A stretch of 63,515 bases of DNA, filler included, from Lenisia limosa (lineage: Eukaryota > Protista > Breviatea): assembly GCA_001655205.1 (NCBI GenBank). It is 13 parts of 13 records of this genome, joined end to end, with 100 filler letters (N's around TTAATTAATTAA, not from the genome) between each part and the next. Parts side by side here need not be neighbours in the genome. Positions count along the whole stretch, not along the records: positions 1 to 15,010 come from LPNZ01003953.1; 12 more parts are not named here. One strand, written 5' to 3'. The position numbers were made by a program, and so were the translations under genes. Shown here in pieces: positions 1-12,800 of the stretch. How positions within the stretch are numbered: position 1 is the first letter of the stretch; each line of letters opens with the position of its first letter. The notes under the pieces are model-generated. The model worked only from the letters and a program-made list of their open reading frames with translations, searched no databases and was not told the DNA's origin.

Positions 1-1
1 G

Positions 2-882
2 GCGTTGGATGACAGTATCACAACCGGACACGAACTTAACGCGCTTCTCTTTGCGGAAGACGATCTTCGGATCAAAAGTCTCAACGTCACGGCTACAACC
101 TGCAGTGTCGCGTGTGCTGCAATCCAAGATTGCAACCACTGCACACAGGTCTGCTGGTGCTAATTCATTACCATACAATTATATAGTGTACTTATTATGA
201 AGGGACGGAGAGGAATTAGTTATTCAAATGACATAATATTCATTTTCTGTGGTGTTGAAGGCTCATTGTTTGTTTTTTTTCGCATTGGCGTTTCTTTTTC
301 TGAGTGAGATATCACCTCTTTTCAGGAGCTATACTGCGGTTGGTGTACAGATGGTGAAGGTGGAGGAAGCTGTGTTGCCGGGGATGACACGTNNNNNNNN
401 NNNNNNNNNNNNNNNNNNNNNNNNNNNNNNNNNNNNNNNNNNNNNNNNNNNNNNNNNNNNNNNNNNNNNNNNNNNNNNNNNNNNNNNNNNNNNNNNNNNN
501 NNNNNNNNNNNNNNNNNNNNNNNNNNNNNNNNNNNNNNNNNNNNNNATGGTTTAGTATTGATAAAATTGTATCTGAGAGTGGAATCTCACACCTTGGATT
601 TTGGGTAGACAAGAGCTTCCCTAAATGCGTGGATAAATGTGAATAAAATTGGGCCATCCTAGGCAATTTTGAGATCATGTTGACACCCAAAACTCTACTA
701 ATGAGCAGAGTATTAACACTATGCATACGTATTGATCACATCAAAATGCTGTGATTCTAGCAATTTTTCATTTTTAAGGTGGATTGCATTGCCAATACAT
801 GTACACCCTAGAAGCTTGTGTTGCCGACCAATCCTGTGGATGGTGTGACGACACGTTATGTATTCCCGTTCAGTCTTATCAA
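2..882 (+). other. Tandem PSI (plexin/semaphorin/integrin)-like Cys-rich modules at the 5' end of the giant gene
   Basis: Spliced reading gives CSVACAAIQDCNHCTQ|ELYCGWCTDGEGGGSCVAGDD and LHCQYMYTLEACVADQSCGWCDDTLC, matching the C-x-C-x-C-x-CGWC-x-C pattern of PSI domains; junctions are in phase. Confidence 0.7.
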
Positions 883-3800
883 GTATGTCCAACTGCAATT
901 ATTTGAGAGCCAGGTTCCAAATACAACATAATGGGATAAAAGACATATAGTATATCACATTCACTTCTATTCCCATTGTTCTACTTCTATACGCGCTACA
1001 GAAGTAGCTTAGATCCAGGACTAATCACCAGAGTTCTCCAGAGTTGACTGTTGTGCACGCATGTGGTCAAGACATAACTTACTTCTCGAGTATGCTGGGA
1101 AGATGGTCTTTCTGGAGAGACGCGATTAAAAGATAACTAATATCGAAACAATATCAATGGGATAATGACGTTGAAGGCTTTTCTTCTTTATCTCAGGCTG
1201 ATTTGTTTAGTTCCGCCAGTGGTGCATGATGAGGTCATTTGGGTCAACCAGGACCCCGGGAGTCTTGTCATTTCCGTACCTTATTACGATGTTGACGGTA
1301 GCGGGTCCAGTAAAGACACCGTATCTCTTGAGATTACAAGCGTGATGGCAGCCTTTCCCTTTGCTCTTAACCTCAATACGACAGTACCATCTAATGGAAC
1401 CCTGGACTTCCCTCTGAACCTTCCATCTGGCTTCACGGGCACCGCACTTGTCATCAACGCTGCTCTAAACGATGACGTGTCTACCCGCCAGTTCAGTATC
1501 ACTGTCCACGTCCGACCTGTGGCATCTGCGCCAACATACGCCAGTTTTAACGTGAGCGTTCCCTTTGAGCCTCTTAAGACCGCGCATACCGTTGCCCTTG
1601 GTGCATCTTCTCCGAACGCTGCTCTTGTTCAATGTCAAATTTTGAGCCTCCCACTCAATGGCAAGTTGTACCAGAGTGTTGATGGTACAACTGGAGCTGA
1701 AATTGCCGTGAATGACACCGTGCATTCTCTGTCTCTTGAGGTGAGCTTTCCCCACATGCCTGGACTTAATAAGGATAAGTAGAACATATCATAATTGCAC
1801 ATTAATGGGAGTTATTTTTTAGATATTTCAGGAACTTGAAATGTGCACTCTTCTATATTCGTTCTATCTGACCAACCGCGGTGTCTCTAACAACCCAGGT
1901 GAAATACGAGTCTGCTTCCGGTCTCTCGGCATCCTCGTGGTTCTTTTTCGATTTCCAGTGCTCTTCATCCGACGTTTCTGGCCCCCCAGCTACCGCCAAT
2001 ATTCTCACTGTTGTAAGCAACAGAGCGCCGGAAGCCAAAGCCCAGCATGGTGCTGTTGAAGCCGGCGGTGTAGTAGAGTTGGAGCTCGGAGCAAGTGATT
2101 TGGATCTTGACGTCCTGGTGTTTTCTATCGAGTCCTTACCCAATGACGGGCAATTGTACGCCATCAATTCCAACGGGTCTCTCAGTGAGGAAATCACAGC
2201 ACCTGGTGTGCTTGTCAGTTCACGAGTTCTGTTTGCTTCCCCCAGCGGATCTCCACCTCCATACGGGCTTGCTTTTGCGAATTTTACCTTCACTGCTTCG
2301 GACGGCCTGGTTACATCTCCTTCAACAACAGTAATGATTACTGTTACTCCTGCCGATATGCCGACTGCAGCAACAGACCAAGTTCTCACCGTTCTTGAGG
2401 ACAATGTGGCGCGTTTTGACATTAAGAACTGCTTCTCTGACCCGGACACTGCAGCCTTGAACTTTACCCTGGTCCAGGCCCCGCTTTTCGGCTCGGTCTT
2501 TGCTTCCGATGTTGGACAGTTGAGCGGATCAAAAATTGAACCTGGACCGCTGCCAGCAAGTGTCATCTACTTCGCTCCGCCTCGCAACTCCAATGGCGCC
2601 AACGCCACTTCCTTTACTGTGGGCGTTGAAGGTAGTAATGCAACTGCCATTGTGACTGTTGACATTGTGGCCGTTCCAGATGCTCCAATTGCAGTTTCGG
2701 GGTCACTTGTGGCCAAGGCAAATACAACATTTACATGGACCGTAACGGCATTTGATGCAGACGCTGACACTATGACAGCTGAACTCGTTTCTCTTCCGCT
2801 CTTGGCCAACACCACGCTTTCGGGCGTGCCGGTGACTGTTGGTGACGTCATCGCTATTCCATCGGATCTTGAGATCGCAGTTGCAGCAAATATTTTTTCA
2901 GCAGTCACAACGAGCCTACTGGCAACAATCATGGACAGCACGAATCTCACTACCTCATATGAAGCAAGTTTTACCTTTGTTGATATTGTCCCACCCGCTG
3001 TTCGTCCTTCTCTAACAACAAGTTCACTTAATGTTACTTCAGGCGTCATAGCGTGTTTTGAGTTCCTCGTAGAAGACCCAGACTCCCTCACTGCCAATCT
3101 GCGCCTCCAGGTGATTACTATTCCGGCCAGCCTGTCCATCTTTGATCTATCATCAGACGGAGTTGAGCTTCAGCCTTCTGACGTGTCATCTTCTCTGAGC
3201 CTCTGTGTTCTTGCTGATGTTGGTGTGACCACCGTTGGTTCAGCGCTGGTTTTGCAGCCTAAGGACGAAGTCGGCTTTGGGGAGGCAAAGAATGTCACTT
3301 TTGTGATCACTCCGAGCCAACAGCCCCCAGTGGCACACGACCAAGATATCTTTGCTGAAGGACCTGGTGATGTTTCAATTACACTTTCGGGGCTGCATCC
3401 TTTTGATCTTCCGATCACATTCAACATCACCAGCGTGAGTGGAGAAGGTTCTTTGTACCAGTGCAGTCTTGGCGTGAGAGGAGATGCGATAGACAGTCTC
3501 GGAGCGGTCATTGATCCCGCGGCTGAAGTTTGCTTCGTCCCAAGCCCCATGTCGGAAGCCAAACCTGCCATGACAGTCACATATGTTGCTATTGACGGTA
3601 ATGGAATGGTCTCATCCGAAGCGTCGGTGTTCATTGCGACTCTCCGCAGTTTAGAAGCACCATTGGCCTTCAGCAACGCTGTGAGTATTAACGAGGATTC
3701 ACACTTCACGAAAGTCCTCCTTGAGGGGTCGGACCCAAACGCCGACCTCATCAAAGCCAAAATCACAAGCTTACCAGAGCCTTCCGTTGCCTTGTTCAGT

Positions 3801-6800
3801 GTTGTTGTAGATGGTTCTGTCGGACCTGCTGTTCAAGAAAACGCTACCCTCTCGTCGAACTCCATTTTCATCAAGCCAGCTGTGGGCTATTCAGGGTCGG
3901 TTTTAGTGACGTTTGTTATGGAGAACCAAGCCAATTTACTGTCCGCTCCGGCTAATCTATCCGTCTCTGTCCTTCCCGTTCAGCATATTTCAGTTGCTCT
4001 CCCTGCGAACATCGTGTTAAATGATATGTCTGAGGTGGCTATTCCACTGTCTTTTTCCGGGAGCGATTGCAATCTCACCAGCATTGTGGTTGAGAGTGTT
4101 CAATCTGGAACTTCATACGGCTCTTTTCATGAGACTGGTGGCCAAGAGCTGATGGGAAACAATACGCTTTCCGGCTCTGTAAGTAACGTTTTATTTGTGC
4201 CTTTCTTCAGCCATGGTGTACAAGAGCTGACTTTCTTCGCTATTGACGAGTTAAACCGAACAACCAACACTGCTGTTGTGAGGGTTGAACTCCCGTTTTC
4301 CAATGTCGCTCCCAGTATGACTGCGTCCACCTTTGCCGCTTTCGAGGACGTCGCCATTGAGCTTCAGATCGACTATGCTGACCCAGATACGTCGTACAGT
4401 AACATCCAGATCTGCTTGGACCGAGAGCCTTCTGAGGGTACTTTATCTCGACTGATACCACTCGCTGCTGGTGACTGTGTGACTGAGCCCTATTTGGAGT
4501 ACCTGTCATCTCCGGGATTCTCCGGTCTTGTCAGCTTCGACTGCCATCTTTTTGACGGGTACAATTCTTCTGCTGTAACGGAGATCTTCATCAACATCCA
4601 GCCTGTCAATAACAGACCAGTTGTCAACGACTCTCTCATTGTCATCGATGAGGTATGCTCCTTCAAGGGGAGGGGAGGCATTTCAATTAATCAGGATATA
4701 TGACATGTACATAAGATACAAACCCTTGTTTTATTGTCTCTACTGGTTTAAGAGTTTTTTATCCTCTTTTTAGGATACAGAAGTTGTAGTAGCCCCCTTG
4801 TCGTCAGATGTGGACGGACCATCCGATCCCGTGATCACTCTTCTTAGCTTGCCGTCTCTCGGCCTGGTGTACCAGGTTGGTTTGGCTGTGGGTATTTATT
4901 TTCAAGATAATGGTGTGTATCTGTTTTTTTTTGAGGGTTTTGCTCCATTTGCTCATCCGAACAGGTCAATAACAGAGGAGTTCGTCAGGACAGGATTACC
5001 TCTGTTCCCTGTGACCTCACCAGTGTACCCCCGAGGTTCGCCACTTGATGAAGCTATTTCTTTTTTCTCTCCAATCAATTGACATCACTCTCTATTTTGT
5101 TTTTTTGCTTTCCGCTACCATATTTTCTATATGTTGCAGTTTTGGTCTCCTCTAGCACATTCCAGGCCATTATTTCCCACTTTTAGAAGTGTCATCTTAT
5201 ACCTATAATCTCCCAGGTTCCGCTACCTTCCCCCACAAAACCAATTCTCCGAACCTGGGCAGAACTTCACTTCACTGACCTTCGATGCTACTGACTCTAT
5301 TCGAAGGGCTCTCCCAGGCACCATTATATTCCAGGTAGGTCTCAATTGTATAATGAAGGATTCTCTATTATACCGTGCTTTTCTATCAAATGCTATTGTT
5401 TGACCACCATTTTCACTCTGCTCTATTTTCCTTGTTACTTTATGGTTCTGCTCTTTGTTTTCCCTTTTCTTTGGTTTCATCTACCTCTACTCTGGATATC
5501 ATCCTCATACTTTAGGTCACGGCCGTTAATGATGCACCAACCCTGGTGATTGCTTCTGAAATAGTGGGAACCGAGGACGTCTCCCTTCCCATTGACGCTG
5601 AAATGGTCGATATCGACAATGACGTTTCCACCCTCTCCGTCATCTGCACCAACATCACGTTGAATGGCCAGCTATGTCTCTCTGGGGGCTTTAACAGCAC
5701 AGTTTGTGTCACCCCGCTGACAGTATTCCCGACTGGACCTATTCAACCCCATCTGGTCTATCTCCCCCTCGACAATGAAAACGAAGTGGTTGGGACCGTA
5801 TCCATGAAGACGATCGACCCTGAGGGACTTGAAAGTGGCGGATCTGTCACCACCATTCGCCTGTCCGCTGTTAACGACCCGCCTACTGTTCCCAATGTTA
5901 CTGTTGTCAATGTGATTGAGGACATCATGACGGACTTCACACTTGAGGGATTTGATGTAGAAGACGACCTTTTTAGTTGGACTGTTGTGAGTCTTCCAGA
6001 CAAGGGCACTCTCTATCAAGGTAAGCTCCATAAGAGATATCATATTTGTGTAGGTAGTATTGTCATTTCAAGCATTAATGGTCAATTCAACGGCTTATGT
6101 TGTTACTCGTGTAGTGACAATGGAAGCGATAGTGGCCCCGAACACTGCTGTGGTGTCGTTTGGCGGATCTCTTAAGTACCAAGGAGCTCTGAACGGCTTC
6201 GGCATGAACTACACACAATTCACTGTGATGGCCACTGACATACACGGAGACTCCAGCTACAGTAACGTGTCTATTAACGTCATCAATGTGGACGACCCTC
6301 CGGTTGCCCTTACCAAGGCCATTTCCATTCTGGAAGACCAGCCTGTGATCGTCGATCTGTTGGAGTGCACTCGTGATATTGAAACTGGCGAGACCATGAG
6401 TTTTGAAGTGTGAAGGCTGTTCTTTGAAATGTTATCAAATAACTAGTAATATTATTTCACATTGATTTGCTCATTATTTGAAAATTCAGACTGTTTTTAC
6501 TTTCTCTAGATCACCATGCTTCCAAGTCCCTCCATGCTTTATCAGTATGTTGACACACCACCCCATAAAGGAGCAGCCATAACGACTACACCGATCTTGG
6601 TCACGCACCCCGACAACCTTGTGGTGTTCCATCCCTTCCCCAATGGCAACGGAGACCCTTTCACCGCCTTTGAGGCGTCAGTGTGGGACGGCAAGGCGTA
6701 CTCAGAAGACCCTGCTCGGATGGTTGTTAGTGTTACACCTGTCTCGGATGCGCCCTTCCCGCAACTTTCCTTATTAGGGAGTCTTGTGGAAGATGTCAAG

Positions 6801-9800
6801 GTCTCGCTCATGATTACCGGCACGGATCCCGATGGTGATGAGTGCTACCCCTCAGTTGTCAGGCTTCCGTCGACAGGCACGCTATATCTGGCAGATCAAG
6901 AAGGCAAAGTTGACCGCGAGTTGCTTCAGGCTGAAATCCCGTACAAGTCCGCCAACCAAAAGTTGCTGCTCCACTTCTACCCTCCGTCAAATGCCAATGG
7001 AAACATCACGTCATTTGAATATAGTGTTACTGACACAGGGGGGCTTGAGTCAGCCGCTGAGGAGTACTGGTTTGTCTTAGAACCACGCAACGACTCTCCT
7101 CTGTCTTATTCGTCATCAGTTGTGGTTCAGGACGGACACAGTGCCACAATCGAGGTTAATGGAACTGACGTTGAAGGTGACCCCTACCGTGCTAAAATCC
7201 TCAGTTTGCCATACTACGGTGCCCTGCGCCAGGTGCCAAGCAACGGCGCTATTGCTATTGGGGACTTCTTGGATGCGGGTACGACATTGACGTTTTACTC
7301 CAACATGGAGAATACTTGGAACCTCTATTCGTCTTTCACCTTCGAGCTGCACGCGTCTGACGGCTCAAATGGAACTTCCTTCCCTTCAGCCATTTATCTT
7401 CAGATTGAGCCCAACCCTGATCCACCTATTAACAATAATGGCACATCTAACAACGGAACAAACTGGGGAGACCCTGGAGACGGTACCGGCTCTGTGCCTG
7501 ATGTGCAGAATGGCGAACAATCCGTGACTACTGCAGAGGACGTTTCGCTGACGATGAACCTTTTCGACATGTGGTTTGATTTCGCAGGAGCCCGTCGTGA
7601 GGCAAGAAGCGAACGCTCCACTGAACTTTTCATTCAGTTTACTATTCTGCCTGACCGCGGTGAGCTCTCCTTTGTCAACCCTGATGAGAGCATTGTTCTG
7701 AACGACCGCTATTCAGACCAGTCGAGGAATGTGTCCTACCTACCGCCTCGAGACCAGAGCGGGCCGTCTTTTACTGTGTTTTACATTCACGTTATAGAAG
7801 TTAGTGGATCTGAAACCACTGTCGGAACTTTGCGCGTTGAAATTGCTGTTGACGCCGTAACTGACCCTGCGGAGGCCCAGGACTTCATCCAGGAAGGTCA
7901 AGAAGACATGCCCCTTCCTGTCCTGCTCATCAACAACATCCATAACCCGGACTCCCTGGGTAAGCTGTCGTGTAACATCACTTCTCTCCCGTCGAATGGA
8001 CGCCTCTTTACAACCACGCCGGAGTATAACATGGAAAATCCAATCACGGTTTCTGGGACTGTGGCTCCGGGTTGTGTGGTCATTTTCGAACCCGAGCAAA
8101 ACGTGCATAACAATGGCCAACAGAACTTAACGTCTTTCACCTGGTTTGCCTTCTCCAATTTGGAGGCCATCACGTCTGAACCTATTGTTGCCACTGCGAC
8201 CATTTCAATTACCAACGTCAACGACGCACCAGAGCAAGTTTTCAACAAAATCACCATCAACGAGGGTGAGCTCACACGCATTCCAGTTAAAGGCTACGAT
8301 GTTGATGGTGACGCAATGGTTGCATCAATGACGGACTTGCTCACCGAAGAACGTTTGAATATGTATGAGGACGTTGAAGGAGTGGTGGGAGATCTCATCT
8401 CCTTGCCGTTCAACTTGAGCATTCCTGAAAGTGGCACGGCGTACATTTGGATTGAGACGGCAGCGGATCTTAACGGTGACCCAGTTGGCAGCTTCTCGTA
8501 CCTCACAGAGGACATCTATGGGGCTCAAAGCTCGACAGGGAGCGTTGTTATGATTGCTGTAACCGGTGTTAACACACACCCTGTCACATCCAGCCTTAAC
8601 GTCACAACAATTGAGGACACTGCCTCTATCATTCATTTAATTGGCTCGGATACTGAAGGCCCGGTAACACACTTTGTTATTGTTGTCCCTCCAACCACTG
8701 GTTTGATGTTCCACACGACCGGCGGAACAGCAGACTTGTCTCGGCCAATCACTGAATTCCCTGCCACTCTAGACTTGTCTGTTTATCTCGTGGCCTTCAG
8801 GGGTGCCGTGAACGTTTTCGGTGATGATATTGAGTCGTTCACTTACATAGCTCTGGACAAGCATAACGCCACATCGGTGCCTTCCCTTGTTACTATTTCC
8901 ATTATTCCTATCAACGATCTGCCAAGTAGTGACGACGGCAGTTTCACCGTTACAGAAGACACTGTACACGCCTTCAATGTCACTGGTGCTGATCCTGATT
9001 CTGACCCTGCTGACATTCTGGTCGAGTTTATTTCTTTCCCTCTCAACGGAAAACTCTACTTAGATCAAAACTGCACCATTGCAGTTTTACCAGGTCAAGA
9101 ATTCAGCTTTGTAACCGAGTTCTTCTATATGCCGAATCTCAACCTATTCTCTCCTCGTGATGACGTGTCAGTTGGTCAGTTCGATCGGTTTTCTTTCGTC
9201 TCAAAAGACACCCCGGGCGGCTCAACCCTCCTCCCGGCCCGATTTGATGTTCTTCAAAGCATAGGCGTCAACGACCCCCCTGTTTCTCTCCCAGTTGTAA
9301 TCAACATTGACGAGGACGAGGTCATCACCCTTGACTTGCCATATGAAGACCCAGACGACGATTTGCCCTCAGCAATCGTCATCACCGTTCCAACACTCGG
9401 CACGCTTTCCTTTGTCAACGGGACCATTATTTCCAACAACAATACAGTGGTCAGCAGTCCGACTCGCGTGACGTACACTCCTCCCCCCGACGAGAGTGGA
9501 ACGGGTGTTGATACGTTCTCTATTTACTTCACGGATGGCGAGTACAACTCAACTATCCAAACAGCCACTATTACAATTTCTGAGGTATGCTGGAGAGGTG
9601 CTGAGGTAAAACGAGGTTAATGAAAACAATAATGTTTTTAAAAAAATGTTTGAAAAGCAGATTCTCATATGATATAACTATCTAATGTGAAATTATTTTA
9701 AAGAACTGGCGATTGATTTCTGATTGCTATTAGGTAAACGATGCTCCAACCGCTACAGCCGAGACCATCTCCTTGAATGAGGACGAATACGCGTTCTTCA

Positions 9801-12800
9801 CTCTCAATATCACAGACGTTGATGACCTCCTTACCTCCGTTAAGGCCATTATCACAAGGCTTCCGTTTAGTGGTGCTCTCTACAAGGTTTGTGCCTTTCA
9901 TTGTTTCAAATCATACCATCATATTAATGAGTAATTTTGGACCCAAAGAAGAAACGAAAGTACTAGTATTATATCATGCTACGTAGACTATTCTCATTTC
10001 CCTTTGCTCATCCGCATTCTGCCCGATTTTGATATTCTAGGTTCTTCCAGGAGATGTTGTGAGTTCAGAGATCACTTCAAAGAATTTCGAGCTCTCTTTC
10101 CCTCATCGAGTGGCCTTCCTTCCCCTTCGTGACGAGTTTGGTGCACCGTACGACACCATGCAGTTCAAGGCCAGTGATGGGGATAAGGCCTCGTCGGTCG
10201 TGACGGTGGCCTTCGACGTCATTTCGGTCAATGATGCACCATCTGCAAACAACGATGTTATCAAGCTTAAGGAAGATTCTTCTATCTTAGTAGCTCCCAC
10301 TGCCTATGATGAAACACCTTCCGTGTCTCTGACTATTCTCATTGAAGCGATTCCTCCCGATGCTGACCTCTTCCAAGCCAACCCCGATGGATCGCAAGGG
10401 GCTGCTATCACTGAGAACTCCACTGTGCTGACCAACCCCTCTAATCTCTTCATTTATGTACCCAATGCTGACCTTTGTGGTGTTCTCACAAGTGTCCAGT
10501 TTTCAACACAGGATTATGAATACCCGGATCAAACGATTGGACTGATTAAGGTGATTTTGGACGTTATTGTACATTTTGAAAATAGTTAAATATATCTTGC
10601 ATACTACGTTATCTATCATTTTGATTACATCCTCTTCTTACCATCCAGCCCAAGGTGGAATGTGTTAATGACCCACCCGTTTCCACTAGTGTCACCGTCA
10701 ACGCAACAGAAGACACGGTCCTCACCTTGGGCCTTCCTGCTTATGACGTGGACGAGGACAAAACACCCAGTGTGTTCCAAGGCAAAACCTGTGCCATTAA
10801 GTCCCTACCTTCTGGCACTTTATCGGTTTGTGGGGGTAATGGACCGAGTTTTCCGGGTTCGGACTCAAGAATTTTCATATTTTTTATTAATAGTACTATG
10901 ATACAATGTGATTTTATATGAAACATAGTGAGTGATAAAATTTTACAAACCAACCAATAGTGTTGAGACATTTCTCTGACGCACTCAGGCGAACGGCACC
11001 ATTTTGGCGATCGACGACGTTGTGGATGACTGCATGGTTCAATACCTACCACCAGACAACCTCTACGGCACGGCACAAGACGCCATGAGCTATCTGGTCC
11101 AAGATCATCGGTTGTCCAGTGCCGTGTCCGTTGTGACCTTTGATATTCTCCCCATCAACGACGTCGTCACTATCATATGGCCGTCTGCAGCGGATGCCAC
11201 TGAGGACTCAACCAAGCGTCTCTTCCAGGACTCAGACTGGTCCTTCTTCGACTTTGATGACGAGGGTAATGACCTCGAGGCAACTGTTACCATTCCTTCC
11301 AACGTTGGCACACTTCAAGCCCCTGTTTCTTCCTGTGCTGTTACGGCCATTACAAATGGCATGACTGTTAATTGCCCGACTCCTGATCTTGGAACCTTCT
11401 TTGACCAAATGATTCTGGTTCCTGTCCCTGACTATTACGGTGCCGCAGTGCTCAACACTTCAGTTGTAGACTCGCACACAGGTCCACCCGTTCATACCGT
11501 CAATGGGACCGTCCTCTTCATTGTTGAAGCAGTTAATGATGCTCCCGACCTGACCAATGTGGCAGCCGGCCACTCCGGTCTGAACGGTGTTGAAGATACC
11601 ATTCTCAGTGTTACAGCCCCCTTTGTGGTGTTCGATCGTGATGCAGAAGGGCAAAACATGTTGGTCACAGTAGAATGTGGTGATTGCAAGTTAGCTTTGA
11701 GTGGAAGTCCGGTTGGAGTAACAATGCTCACTGGGACAAACACCAAGACGCTTTCTTTCCAAGCCAGCCCTGCTGACGCTACTACTGTCCTGGCCTCCAA
11801 TATCCAGGCTACGCCAGACCACCAGTTCAACGGTAACACAACGCTAACAATTACTGTCAATGACCAAGCCAACACGGGAACTGTTGCACAGGAAAGCGTT
11901 ATGTCCACATTGTTGTTCTTTGATGCTGTTGCCGATGTCCCGATTCTCTCTGTTCAGGACGCTACAGGAAACGAAGATACGGACATCACGGCGCTCTCAA
12001 CCGCCTCAACCGCTCTCGGTGCTTCTTCAGAATCACTTGTTAAGCAAGTCGTAACCCTTGGTCAGACAGGTTCAATTGTGGTCGGAGGCACGGTTGTCGG
12101 TCCGCTTCAGTTCTCAGTGGGACCGATGGAAGACATTGTTGTGCGCGGACCGCTTCACTGGGCTGGAGACATTGCAATCAGTGTTGAGCTCTTCACATCC
12201 GAGCCGAGGAATGGCGATGAGGCTTCGGTGGTGGATAACTGCACCGTCACGATTCTCCCTGTTGCCACAACACCAACCATTAACCTTATTCCAACAACGG
12301 TGAATGTCAATGAGGATCAAGGCAAAACGTTTGCGATTGACGCTGTTTTGGAGGATGTTGACGGTTCTGAGATTCTCTATGCCATTCTCAGTGGAGTGGA
12401 GGGTGTCATCACTGGAGCCACATCGCTTGGCGGCGGTGTATGGAGAGTCGAGTCTGCTAATTTCGCATCAATAGAGCTGATACCTGTTCTGGACAGTGGC
12501 AGAGAGTTCAATGTCACAGTCACGATTGCTGCAGAAGAGACGGAAACAAATGAAAAAGCCACCGTTGCTCAGGATATCAGTTTCAGTATTTTCGCTATTG
12601 CTGATCCTGCCCTTCTTACCACTGGAAATATCACTATTGATGAAGGTTAGCTGTGGTTATGTTTTTTTTTTTTTTTTTTGNNNNNNNNNNNNNNNNNNNN
12701 NNNNNNNNNNNNNNNNNNNNNTCATAGTTCTCTCCCTTTTCAATGGTTTCCAAAGTTCCTTTGTGACTCTGCAGATACCTCGGTGTCTTTCCTTCGCATT

